This document shows, piece after piece, positions 14,259-26,400 of a DNA stretch of 64,000 bases. Position numbers and translations under genes: made by a program. The stretch is from positions 18,414,001 to 18,478,000 of the forward strand of contig OZ059898.1 of NCBI GenBank assembly GCA_964057225.1, read 5' to 3'. The notes beneath the pieces were generated by a model. That model did not search any database, had not been told where the DNA came from, and saw only the letters and a list, made by a program, of their open reading frames with translations. Each line of letters opens with the position of its first letter. Within the stretch, counting starts at the first letter, position 1. Origin of the DNA: Auanema rhodensis. Its lineage: Eukaryota; Animalia; Nematoda.

Positions 14259-17200
14259 AAACGAAAAAATAATTCATGTTAGATTTAAATGAATTTGTTG
14301 TAAGATGATGAAAAATCTCATAAAAAGTGAAAACCAGCTAGAGCAGTAAGCACAGGACATGTAGTAGCAAAAAGTTCAAAGCTAACGAAGCAATAATCAA
14401 ATCCAATACTACAAGAAACAATGAAATTCAATGCTTTTTAAAACGAAAAAATAATTCATGTTAGATTTAAATGAATTTGTTGTAAGATGATGAAAAATCT
14501 CATAAAAAGTGAAAACCAGCTAGAGCAGTAAACACAGGACATGTAGTAGCAAAAATTTTAAACCTAACAAAGCAATAATGAAATCCAATATTACAAGAAA
14601 CAATGAAATTCAATGCTTTTTAAAACGAAAAAATAATTCATGTTAGATTTAAATGAATTTGTTGTAAGATGATGAAAAATCTCATAAAAAGTGAAAACCA
14701 GCTAGAGCACTGAAGCTATGCAGAAGCAAAATCTTAAAACAAACGAAGCAATAATCAAATCCAATATTACAAGAAACAATGAAATTCAATGCTTTTCAAA
14801 ACGAAAAAACAATTCATGTTAGATTTAAATGAATTTGTTGTAAGATGATGAAAAATCTCATAAAAAGTGAAAACCAGCTAGAGCAGTAAACACAGGACAT
14901 GTAGTAGCAAAAATTTTAAAGCTAACAAAGCAATAATGAAATCCAATATTACAAGAAACAATGAAATTCAATGCTTTTTAAAACGAAAAAATAATTCATG
15001 TTAGATTTAAATGAATTTGTTGTAAGATGATGAAAAATCTCATAAAAAGTGAAAACCAGCTAGAGCAGTAAACACAGGACATGCAGAAGCAAAATCTTAA
15101 AACAAACGAAGCAATAATCAAATCCAATATTACAAGAAACAATGAAATTCAATGCTTTTTAAAACGAAAAAATAATTCATGTTAGATTTAAATGAATTTG
15201 TTGTAAGATGATGAAAAATCTCATAAAAAGTGAAAACCAGCTAGAGCACTGAAGCTATGCAGAAGCAAAATCTTAAAACAAACGAAGCAATAATCAAATC
15301 CAATATTACAAGAAACAATGAAATTCAATGCTTTTTAAAACGAAAAAGTAATTCATGTTAGATTTAAATGAATTTGTTGTAAGATGATGAAAAATCTCAT
15401 AAAAAGTGAAAACCAGCTAGAGCAGTAAACACAGGACATGCAGAAGCAAAATCTTAAAACAAACGAAGCAATAATCGAATCCAATATTACCAGAAACAAT
15501 GAAATTCAATGCTTTTCAAAACGAAAAAACAATTCATGTTAGATTTAAATGAATTTGTTGTAAGATGATGAAAAATCTCATAAAAAGTGAAAACCAGCTA
15601 GAGCAGTAAACACAGGACATGTAGTAGCAAAAATTTTAAAGCTAACAAAGCAATAATCAAATCCAATATTACAAGAAACAATGAAATTCAATGCTTTTTC
15701 AAACGAAAAAATAATTCATGTTAGATGCAATTGAATTTATTGTAAGATGATGAAAAATCTCATAAAAAGTGAAAACCAGCTAGAGCAGTAAACACAGGAC
15801 ATGCAGAAGCAAAATCTTAAAACAAACGAAGCAATAATCAAATCCAATATTACAAGAAACAATGAAATTCAATGCTTTTTAAAACGAAAAAATAATTCAT
15901 GTTAGATTTAAATGAATTTGTTGTAAGATGATGAAAAATCTCATAAAAAGTGAAAACCAGCTAGAGCACTGAAGCTATGCAGAAGCAAAATCTTAAAACA
16001 AACGAAGCAATAATCAAATCCAATATTACAAGAAACAATGAAATTCAATGCTTTTTAAAACGAAAAAGTAATTCATGTTAGATTTAAATGAATTTGTTGT
16101 AAGATGATGAAAAATCTCATAAAAAGTGAAAACCAGCTAGAGCAGTAAACACAGGACATGCAGAAGCAAAATCTTAAAACAAACGAAGCAATAATCAAAT
16201 CCAATATTACCAGAAACAATTAAATTCAATGCTTTTCAAAACGAAAAAACAATTCATGTTAGATTTAAATGAATTTGTTGTAAGATGATGAAAAATCTCA
16301 TAAAAAGTGAAAACCAGCTAGAGCAGTAAACACAGGACATGTAGTAGCAAAAATTTTAAAGCTAACAAAGCAATAATCAAATCCAATATTACAAGAAACA
16401 ATGAAATTCAATGCTTTTTCAAACGAAAAAATAATTCATGTTAGATTCAATTGAATTTCTTGTAAGATGATGAAAAATCTCATAAAAAGTGAAAACCAGC
16501 TAGAGCAGTAAACACAGGACATGCAGAAGCAAAATCTTAAAACAAACGAAGCAATAATCAAATCCAATATTACAAGAAACAATGAAATTCAATGCTTTTT
16601 AAAACGAAAAAATAATTCATGTTAGATTTAAATGAATTTGTTATAAGATGATGAAAAATCTCATAAAGAGTGAAAACCAGCTAGAGCAGTAAACACAGAA
16701 AATGTAGTAGCACAAATTTTAAAGCTAACAAAGCAATAATCAAATCCAATATTACAAGAAACAATGAAATTCAATGTTTTTTAAAACGAAAAAATAATTC
16801 ATGTTAGATTTAAATGAATTTGTTGTAAGATGATGAAAAATCTCATAAAAAGTGAAAACCAGCTAGAGCACTGAAGCTATGCAGAAGCAAAATCTTGAAA
16901 CAAACGAAGCAATAATCAAATCCAATATTACAAGAAACAATGAAATTCAATGCTTTTTAAAACGAAAAAATAATTCATGTTAGATTTAAATGAATTTGTT
17001 GTAAGATGATGAAAAATCTCATAAAAAGTGAAAACCAGCTAGAGCAGTAAACACAGGACATGCAGAAGCAAAATCTTAAAACAAACGAAGCAATAATCAA
17101 ATCCAATATTACAAGAAACAATGAAATTCAATGCTTTTTAAAACGAAAAAATAATTCATGTTAGATTTAAATGAATTTGTTATAAGATGATGAAAAATCT

Positions 17201-17543
17201 CATAAAGAGTGAAAACCAGCTAGAGCAGTAAACACAGAAAATGTAGTAGCACAAATTTTAAAGCTAACAAAGCAATAATCAAATCCAATATTACAAGAAA
17301 CAATGAAATTCAATGTTTTTTAAAACGAAAAAATAATTCATGTTAGATTTAAATGAATTTGTTGTAAGATGATGAAAAATCTCATAAAAAGTGAAAACCA
17401 GCTAGAGCACTGAAGCTATGCAGAAGCAAAATCTTGAAACAAACGAAGCAGTAATCAAATCCAATATTACAAGAAACAATGAAATTCAATGCTTTTTAAA
17501 ACGAAAAAATAATTCATGTTAGATTTAAATGAATTTGTTGTAA
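14259..17543 (+). repeat. SatB tandem satellite, forward orientation, 18 full monomers plus a partial one, in three length classes (176/181/182 bp)
   Basis: Spacings of the aaacgaaaaa landmark are 182,182,176,182,181,176,181,182,181,176,181,182,181,182,176,181,182,176. The short class has gagcactgaagctatgc in place of gagcagtaaacacaggacatgc. Confidence 0.97.
14799..17498 (+). repeat. SatB higher-order repeats: 720-bp 4-mer (about 2.5 copies, 14799-16601), then 539-bp 3-mer (2 copies, 16421-17498)
   Basis: The aaaaacaattc variant monomers start at 14799, 15519 and 16239. The ttataag/cataaagag/cagaaaatg variant monomers start at 16602 and 17141. Confidence 0.88.
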
Positions 17544-18199
17544 CATGTACACTCAACATTGCTTCCAAAAACATTTTGACAAAAATTTTTTCGAAAAATT
17601 TCAAAATAATTTCGCAAAAAGTAAATGTTTTTAAATTTCTTTTTTCAAGGCAAAGACGATGGACGATGTTATTCAACAAAAAAATTAATTCTTCAGGGTG
17701 AAAATCGAGGATATAAGTGTGAACTTATATCAGTTGATATCTCGGTGCATTTTTAAGCTAGCGCAAATCTGATAACACAGATCGACGCAGCTTAAAAATC
17801 CGCATCGAATGCACTATACTAAATTGAGAAACGCTTGATACAAAAATAAGTTATGATCGTTTGAAAATGATGCATTAGTGTATTTTGAGTTTCCATGTAC
17901 ACTCAACATTGCTTCCAAAACATTTTGACAAAAATTTTTTCGAAAAATTTCAAAATAATTTAGCAAAAAGTAGCTGTTTTTAGATTCCTTTTTTCAAGGC
18001 AAAAACGATGGACAATGTTATTCAACAAAAAAATTAATTCTTCAGGGTGAAAATCGAGGATATGAGTGTGAACTTATATCAGTTGATATCTCGGTGCATT
18101 TTAAAGCTAGCGCAAATCTGATAACACAGATCGACGCAGCTTAAAAATCCGCATCAAATGGACTATACTACTTTGAAAAACGCTTAATACAAAAATTAG

Positions 18200-21100
18200 T
18201 TATCATCGTTTGAAAAATGATGCATTAGTGTATGTTGAGTTCCCATGTACACTCAACATTGCTTCTAAAAACATTTTGACAAAAATTTTCCCGAAAAATT
18301 TCAAAATAATTTAGCAGAAAGTAGATGTTTTTAGATTCCTTTTTTCAAGGCAAAGACGATGGACAATGTTATTCAACGAAAAATTTAATTCTTCAGGGTG
18401 AAAATCGAGGATATAAGTGTGAACATATATCAGTTGATATCTCGGTGCATTTTTAAGCTAGCGCAAATCTGATAACACAGATCGATGCAGCTTAAAAATC
18501 CGCATCGAATGCACTATACTACATTGAGAAACGCTTGATACAAAAATTAGTTATGATCGTTTGAAAAATGATGCATTAGTGTATTTTGAGTTTCCATGTA
18601 CACTCAACATTGCTTCCAAAAACATTTTGACAAAAATTTTTCCGAAAAATTTCAAAATAATTTCGCAAAAAGTAGATGTTTTTAGATTTTTTTTTCCAAG
18701 GCAAAGACGATGGACAATGTTATTCAACGAAAAAATTAATTCTTCAGGGGGAAAATCGAGGATATAAGTGTGAACTTATATCAGTTGATATCTCGGTGCA
18801 TTTTTAAGCTAGCGCAAATCTGATAAGACAGATCGATGCAGCTTAAAAATCCGCATCGAATGCACTATACTACATTGAGAAACGCTTAATACAAAAATTA
18901 GTTATGATCGTTTGAAAAATGAGGCATTAGTGTATGTTGAGTTTCCATGTACACTCAACATTGCTTCCAAAAACATTTTGACAAAAATTTTTTCCAAAAA
19001 TTTCAAAATAATTTCGCAAAAAGTAAATGTTTTTAGAATTCTTTTTTCAAGGCAAAGACGATGGACAATGTTATTCAACGAAAAAATTAATTCTTCAGGG
19101 TGAAAATCGAGGATATAAGTGTGAACTTATATCAGTTGATATCTCGGTGCATTTTCAAGCTAGCGCAAATCTAATAACACAGATCGACGCAGCTTAAAAA
19201 TCTGCATCGAATGCACTATACTACATTGAGAAACGCTTAATACAAAAATTAGTTATGATCGTTTGGAAAATGATGCATTAGTGTATGTTGAGTTTCCATG
19301 TACACTCAACATTGCTTCCAAAAACATTTTGACAAAAATTTTTTCGAAAAATTTCAAAATAATTTCGCAAAAAGTAAATGTTTTTAGATTTCTTTTTTCA
19401 AGGCAAAGACGATGGACGATGTTATTCAACAAAAAAATTAATTCTTCAGGGTGAAAATCGAGGATATAAGTGTGAACTTATATCAGTTGATATCTCGGTG
19501 CATTTTAAAGCTAGCGCAAATCTGATAACACAGATCGACGCAGCTTAAAAATCCGCATCAAATGGACTATACTACTTTGAAAAACGCTTAATACAAAAAT
19601 TAGTTATGATCGTTTGAAAAATGATGCATTAGTGTATGTTGAGTTTCCATGTACACTCAACATTGCTTCCAAAAACATTTTGACAAAAATTTTCCCGAAA
19701 AATTTCAAAATAATTTAGCAGAAAGTAGATGTTTTTAGATTCCTTTTTTCAAGGCAAAGACGATGGACAATGTTATTCAACGAAAAAATTAATTCTTCAG
19801 GGTGAAAATCGAGGATATAAGTGTGAACTTATATCAGTTGATATCTCGGTGCATTTTCAAGCTAGCGCAAATCTAATAACACAGATCGACGCAGCTTAAA
19901 AATCTGCATCGAATGCACTATACTACATTGAGAAACGCTTAATACAAAAATTAGTTATGATCGTTTGGAAAATGATGCATTAGTGTATGTTGAGTTTCCA
20001 TGTACACTCAACATTGCTTCCAAAAACATTTTGACAAAAATTTTTTCGAAAAATTTCAAAATAATTTCGCAAAAAGTAAATGTTTTTAGATTTCTTTTTT
20101 CAAGGCAAAGACGATGGACGATGTTATTCAACAAAAAAATTAATTCTTCAGGGTGAAAATCGAGGATATAAGTGTGAACATATATCAGTTGATATCTCGG
20201 TGCATTTTTAAGCTAGCGCAAATCTGATAACACAGATCGACGCAGCTTAAAAATCCGCATCGAATGCACTATACTACATTGAGAAACGCTTGATACAAAA
20301 ATTAGTTATGATCGTTTGAAAAATGATGCATTAGTGTATTTTGAGTTTCCATGTACACTCAACATTGCTTCCAAAACATTTTGACAAAAATTTTTTCGAA
20401 AAATTTCAAAATAATTTAGCAAAAAGTAGCTGTTTTTAGATTCCTTTTTTCAAGGCAAAAACGATGGACAATGTTATTCAACGAAAAAATTAATTCTTCA
20501 GGGTGAAAATCGAGGATATAAGTATGAACTTATATCAGTTGATATCTCGGTGCATTTTTAAGCTAGCGCAAATCTGATAACACAGATCGACGCAGCTTAA
20601 AAATCCGCATCGAATGCACTATACTACATTGAGAAACGCTTGATACAAAAATTAGTTATGATCGTTTGAAAAATGATGCATTAGTGTATGTTGAGTTCCC
20701 ATGTACACTCAACATTGCTTCTAAAAACATTTTGACAAAAATTTTCCCGAAAAATTTCAAAATAATTTAGCAGAAAGTAGATGTTTTTAGATTCCTTTTT
20801 TCAAGGCAAAGACGATGGACAATGTTATTCAACGAAAAATTTAATTCTTCAGGGTGAAAATCGAGGATATAAGTGTGAACATATATCAGTTGATATCTCG
20901 GTGCATTTTTAAGCTAGCGCAAATCTGATAACACAGATCGATGCAGCTTAAAAATCCGCATCGAATGCACTATACTACATTGAGAAACGCTTGATACAAA
21001 AATTAGTTATGATCGTTTGAAAAATGATGCATTAGTGTATTTTGAGTTTCCATGTACACTCAACATTGCTTCCAAAAACATTTTGACAAAAATTTTTCCG

Positions 21101-23110
21101 AAAAATTTCAAAATAATTTCGCAAAAAGTAGATGTTTTTAGATTTTTTTTTCCAAGGCAAAGACGATGGACAATGTTATTCAACGAAAAAATTAATTCTT
21201 CAGGGTGAAAATCGAGGATATAAGTGTGAACTTATATCAGTTGATATCTCGGTGCATTTTTAAGCTAGCGCAAATCTGATAAGACAGATCGATGCAGCTT
21301 AAAAATCCGCATCGAATGCACTATACTACATTGAGAAACGCTTAATACAAAAATTAGTTATGATCGTTTGAAAAATGAGGCATTAGTGTATGTTGAGTTT
21401 CCATGTACACTCAACATTGCTTCCAAAAACATTTTGACAAAAATTTTTTCCAAAAATTTCAAAATAATTTCGCAAAAAGTAAATGTTTTTAGAATTCTTT
21501 TTTCAAGGCAAAGACGATGGACAATGTTATTCAACGAAAAAATTAATTCTTCAGGGTGAAAATCGAGGATATAAGTGTGAACTTATATCAGTTGATATCT
21601 CGGTGCATTTTCAAGCTAGCGCAAATCTAATAACACAGATCGACGCAGCTTAAAAATCTGCATCGAATGCACTATACTACATTGAGAAACGCTTAATACA
21701 AAAATTAGTTATGATCGTTTGGAAAATGATGCATTAGTGTATGTTGAGTTTCCATGTACACTCAACATTGCTTCCAAAAACATTTTGACAAAAATTTTTT
21801 CGAAAAATTTCAAAATAATTTCGCAAAAAGTAAATGTTTTTAGATTTCTTTTTTCAAGGCAAAGACGATGGACGATGTTATTCAACAAAAAAATTAATTC
21901 TTCAGGGTGAAAATCGAGGATATAAGTGTGAACTTATATCAGTTGATATCTCGGTGCATTTTAAAGCTAGCGCAAATCTGATAACACAGATCGACGCAGC
22001 TTAAAAATCCGCATCAAATGGACTATACTACTTTGAAAAACGCTTAATACAAAAATTAGTTATGATCGTTTGAAAAATGATGCATTAGTGTATGTTGAGT
22101 TTCCATGTACACTCAACATTGCTTCCAAAAACATTTTGACAAAAATTTTCCCGAAAAATTTCAAAATAATTTAGCAGAAAGTAGATGTTTTTAGATTCCT
22201 TTTTTCAAGGCAAAGACGATGGACAATGTTATTCAACGAAAAAATTAATTCTTCAGGGTGAAAATCGAGGATATAAGTGTGAACTTATATCAGTTGATAT
22301 CTCGGTGCATTTTCAAGCTAGCGCAAATCTAATAACACAGATCGACGCAGCTTAAAAATCTGCATCGAATGCACTATACTACATTGAGAAACGCTTAATA
22401 CAAAAATTAGTTATGATCGTTTGGAAAATGATGCATTAGTGTATGTTGAGTTTCCATGTACACTCAACATTGCTTCCAAAAACATTTTGACAAAAATTTT
22501 TTCGAAAAATTTCAAAATAATTTCGCAAAAAGTAAATGTTTTTAGATTTCTTTTTTCAAGGCAAAGACGATGGACGATGTTATTCAACAAAAAAATTAAT
22601 TCTTCAGGGTGAAAATCGAGGATATAAGTGTGAACATATATCAGTTGATATCTCGGTGCATTTTTAAGCTAGCGCAAATCTGATAACACAGATCGACGCA
22701 GCTTAAAAATCCGCATCGAATGCACTATACTACATTGAGAAACGCTTGATACAAAAATTAGTTATGATCGTTTGAAAAATGATGCATTAGTGTATTTTGA
22801 GTTTCCATGTACACTCAACATTGCTTCCAAAACATTTTGACAAAAATTTTTTCGAAAAATTTCAAAATAATTTAGCAAAAAGTAGCTGTTTTTAGATTCC
22901 TTTTTTCAAGGCAAAAACGATGGACAATGTTATTCAACGAAAAAATTAATTCTTCAGGGTGAAAATCGAGGATATAAGTATGAACTTATATCAGTTGATA
23001 TCTCGGTGCATTTTTATGCTAGCGCAAATCTGATAACACAGATCGACGCAGCTTAAAAATCCGCATCGAATGCACTATACTACATTGAGAAACGCTTGAT
23101 ACAAAAATTA
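18200..23110 (+). repeat. SatA 7-mer higher-order duplication (2456 bp, two copies)
   Basis: Variant pairs lie 2456 apart: 18561/21017, 18912/21368, 19263/21719, 19965/22421, and agtatgaac at 20521/22977. The unit includes one 350-bp monomer. Boundaries are approximate. Confidence 0.88.
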
Positions 23111-23472
23111 GTTATGATCGTTTGAAAAATGATGCATTAGTGTATTTTGAGTTTCCATGTACACTCAACATTGCTTCCAAAAACATTTTGACAAAAATTT
23201 TTCCGAAAAATTTCAAAATAATTTCGCAAAAAGTAGATGGTTTTAGATTTTTTTTTTCAAGGCAAAGACGATGGACAAGGTTATTCAACGAAAAAATTAA
23301 TTCTTCAGGGTGAAAATCGAGGATATAAGTGTGAACTTATATCAGTTGATATCTCGGTGCATTTTTAAGCTAGCGCAAATCTGATAACACAGATCGACGC
23401 AGCTTGAAAATCCGCATCGAGTGCACTATACTACATTGAGAAACGCTTGATACAAAAATTAGTTATGATCGT

Positions 23473-26400
23473 TTGAAAAATGATGCATTAGTGTATTTTG
23501 AGTTTCCATGTACACTCAACATTGCTTCCAAAAACATTTTGACAAAAATTTTTCCGAAAAATTTCAAAATAATTTCGCAAAAAGTAGATGTTTTTAGATT
23601 TTTTTTTTCAAGGCAAAGACGATGGACAATGTTATTCAACGAAAAAATTAATTCTTCAGGGTGAAAATCGAGGATATAAGTGTGAACTTATATCAGTTGA
23701 TATCTCGGTGCATTTTTAAGCTAGCGCAAATCTGATAACACAGATCGATGCAGCTTAAAAATCCGCATCGAATGCACTATACTACATTGAGAAACGCTTA
23801 ATACAAAAATTAGTTATGATCGTTTGAAAAATGAGGCATTAGTGTATGTTGAGTTTCCATGTACACTCAACATTGCTTCCAAAAACATTTTGACAAAAAT
23901 TTTTTCCAAAAATTTCAAAATAATTTCGCAAAAAGTAAATGTTTTTAGAATTCTTTTTTCAAGGCAAAGACGATGGACAATGTTATTCAACGAAAAAATT
24001 AATTCTTCAGGGTGAAAATCGAGGATATAAGTGTGAACTTATATCAGTTGATATCTCGGTGCATTTTCAAGCTAGCGCAAATCTAATAACACAGATCGAC
24101 GCAGCTTAAAAATCTGCATCGAATGCACTATACTACATTGAGAAACGCTTAATACAAAAATTAGTTATGATCGTTTGGAAAATGATGCATTAGTGTATGT
24201 TGAGTTTACATGTACACTCAACATTGCTTCCAAAAACATTTTGACAAAAATTTTTTCGAAAAATTTCAAAATAATTTCGCAAAAAGTAAATGTTTTTAGA
24301 TTTCTTTTTTCAAGGCAAAGACGATGGACGATGTTATTCAACAAAAAAATTAATTCTTCAGGGTGAAAATCGAGGATATAAGTGTGAACATATATCAGTT
24401 GATATCTCGGTGCATTTTTAAGCTAGCGCAAATCTGATAACACAGATCGACGCAGCTTAAAAATCCGCATCGAATGCACTATACTACATTGAGAAACGCT
24501 TGATACAAAAATTAGTTATGACCGTTTGAAAAATGATGCATTAGTGTATTTTGAGTTTCCATGTACACTCAACATTGCTTCCAAAAACATTTTGACAAAA
24601 ATTTTTTCGAAAAATTTCAAAATAATTTCGCAAAAAGTAGATGTTTTTAGATTTCTTTTTTCAAGGCAAAGACGATGGACAATGTTATTCAACGAAAAAA
24701 TTAATTCTTCAGGGTGAAAATCGAGGATATAAGTGTGAACTTATATCAGTTGATATCTCGGTGCATTTTCAAGCTAGCGGAAATCTAATAACACAGATCG
24801 ACGCAGCTTAAAAATCCGCATCGAATGCACTATACTAAATTGAGAAACGCTTGATACAAAAATTAGTTATGACCGTTTGAAAAATGATGCATTAGTGTAT
24901 TTTGAGTTTCCATGTACACTCAACATTGCTTCCAAAAACATTTTGACAAAAATTTTTCCGAAAAATTTCAAAATAATTTCGCAAAAAGTAGATGTTTTTA
25001 GATTTTTTTTTTCAAGGCTAAGACGATGGACAATGTTATTCAACGAAAAAATTAATTCTTCAGGGTGAAAATCGAGGATATAAGTGTGAACTTATATCAG
25101 TTGATATCTCGGTGCATTTTTAAGCTAGCGCAAATCTGATAACACAGATCGATGCAGCTTAAAAATCCGCATCGAATGCACTACACTACATTGAGAAACG
25201 CTTAATACAAAAATTAGTTATGATCGTTTGAAAAATGAGGCATTAGTGTATGTTGAGTTTCCATGTACACTCAACATTGCTTCCAAAAACATTTTGACAA
25301 AAATTTTTTCCAAAAATTTCAAAATAATTTCGCAAAAAGTAAATGTTTTTAGAATTCTTTTTTCAAGGCAAAGACGATGGACAATGTTATTCAACGAAAA
25401 AATTAATTCTTCAGGGTGAAAATCGAGGATATAAGTGTGAACTTATATCAGTTGATATCTCGGTGCATTTTCAAGCTAGCGCAAATCTAATAACACAGAT
25501 CGACGCAGCTTAAAAATCTGCATCGAATGCACTATACTACATTGAGAAACGCTTAATACAAAAATTAGTTATGATCGTTTGGAAAATGATGCATTAGTGT
25601 ATGTTGAGTTTACATGTACACTCAACATTGCTTCCAAAAACATTTTGACAAAAATTTTTTCGAAAAATTTCAAAATAATTTCGCAAAAAGTAAATGTTTT
25701 TAGATTTCTTTTTTCAAGGCAAAGACGATGGACGATGTTATTCAACAAAAAAATTAATTCTTCAGGGTGAAAATCGAGGATATAAGTGTGAACATATATC
25801 AGTTGATATCTCGGTGCATTTTTAAGCTAGCGCAAATCTGATAACACAGATCGACGCAGCTTAAAAATCCGCATCGAATGCACTATACTACATTGAGAAA
25901 CGCTTGATACAAAAATTAGTTATGATCGTTTGAAAAATGATGCATTAGTGTATTTTGAGTTTCCATGTACACTCAACATTGCTTCCAAAACATTTTGACA
26001 AAAATTTTTTCGAAAAATTTCAAAATAATTTAGCAAAAAGTAGCTGTTTTTAGATTCCTTTTTTCAAGGCAAAAACGATGGACAATGTTATTCAACGAAA
26101 AAATTAATTCTTCAGGGTGAAAATCGAGGATATAAGTGTGAACTTATATCAGTTGATATCTCGGTGCATTTTTAAGCTAGCGCAAATCTGATAACACAGA
26201 TCGACGCAGCTTAAAAATCCGCATCGAATGCACTATACTACATTGAGAAACGCTTGATACAAAAATTAGTTATGATCGTTTGAAAAATGATGCATTAGTG
26301 TATTTTGAGTTTCCATGTACACTCAACATTGCTTCCAAAAACATTTTGACAAAAATTTTTCCGAAAAATTTCAAAATAATTTCGCAAAAAGTAGATGTTT

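Noticed and set aside
17467-17701. Two overlapping ORFs across the SatB/SatA junction
   Set aside because: They are chance read-through across a repeat junction, with no independent coding evidence.
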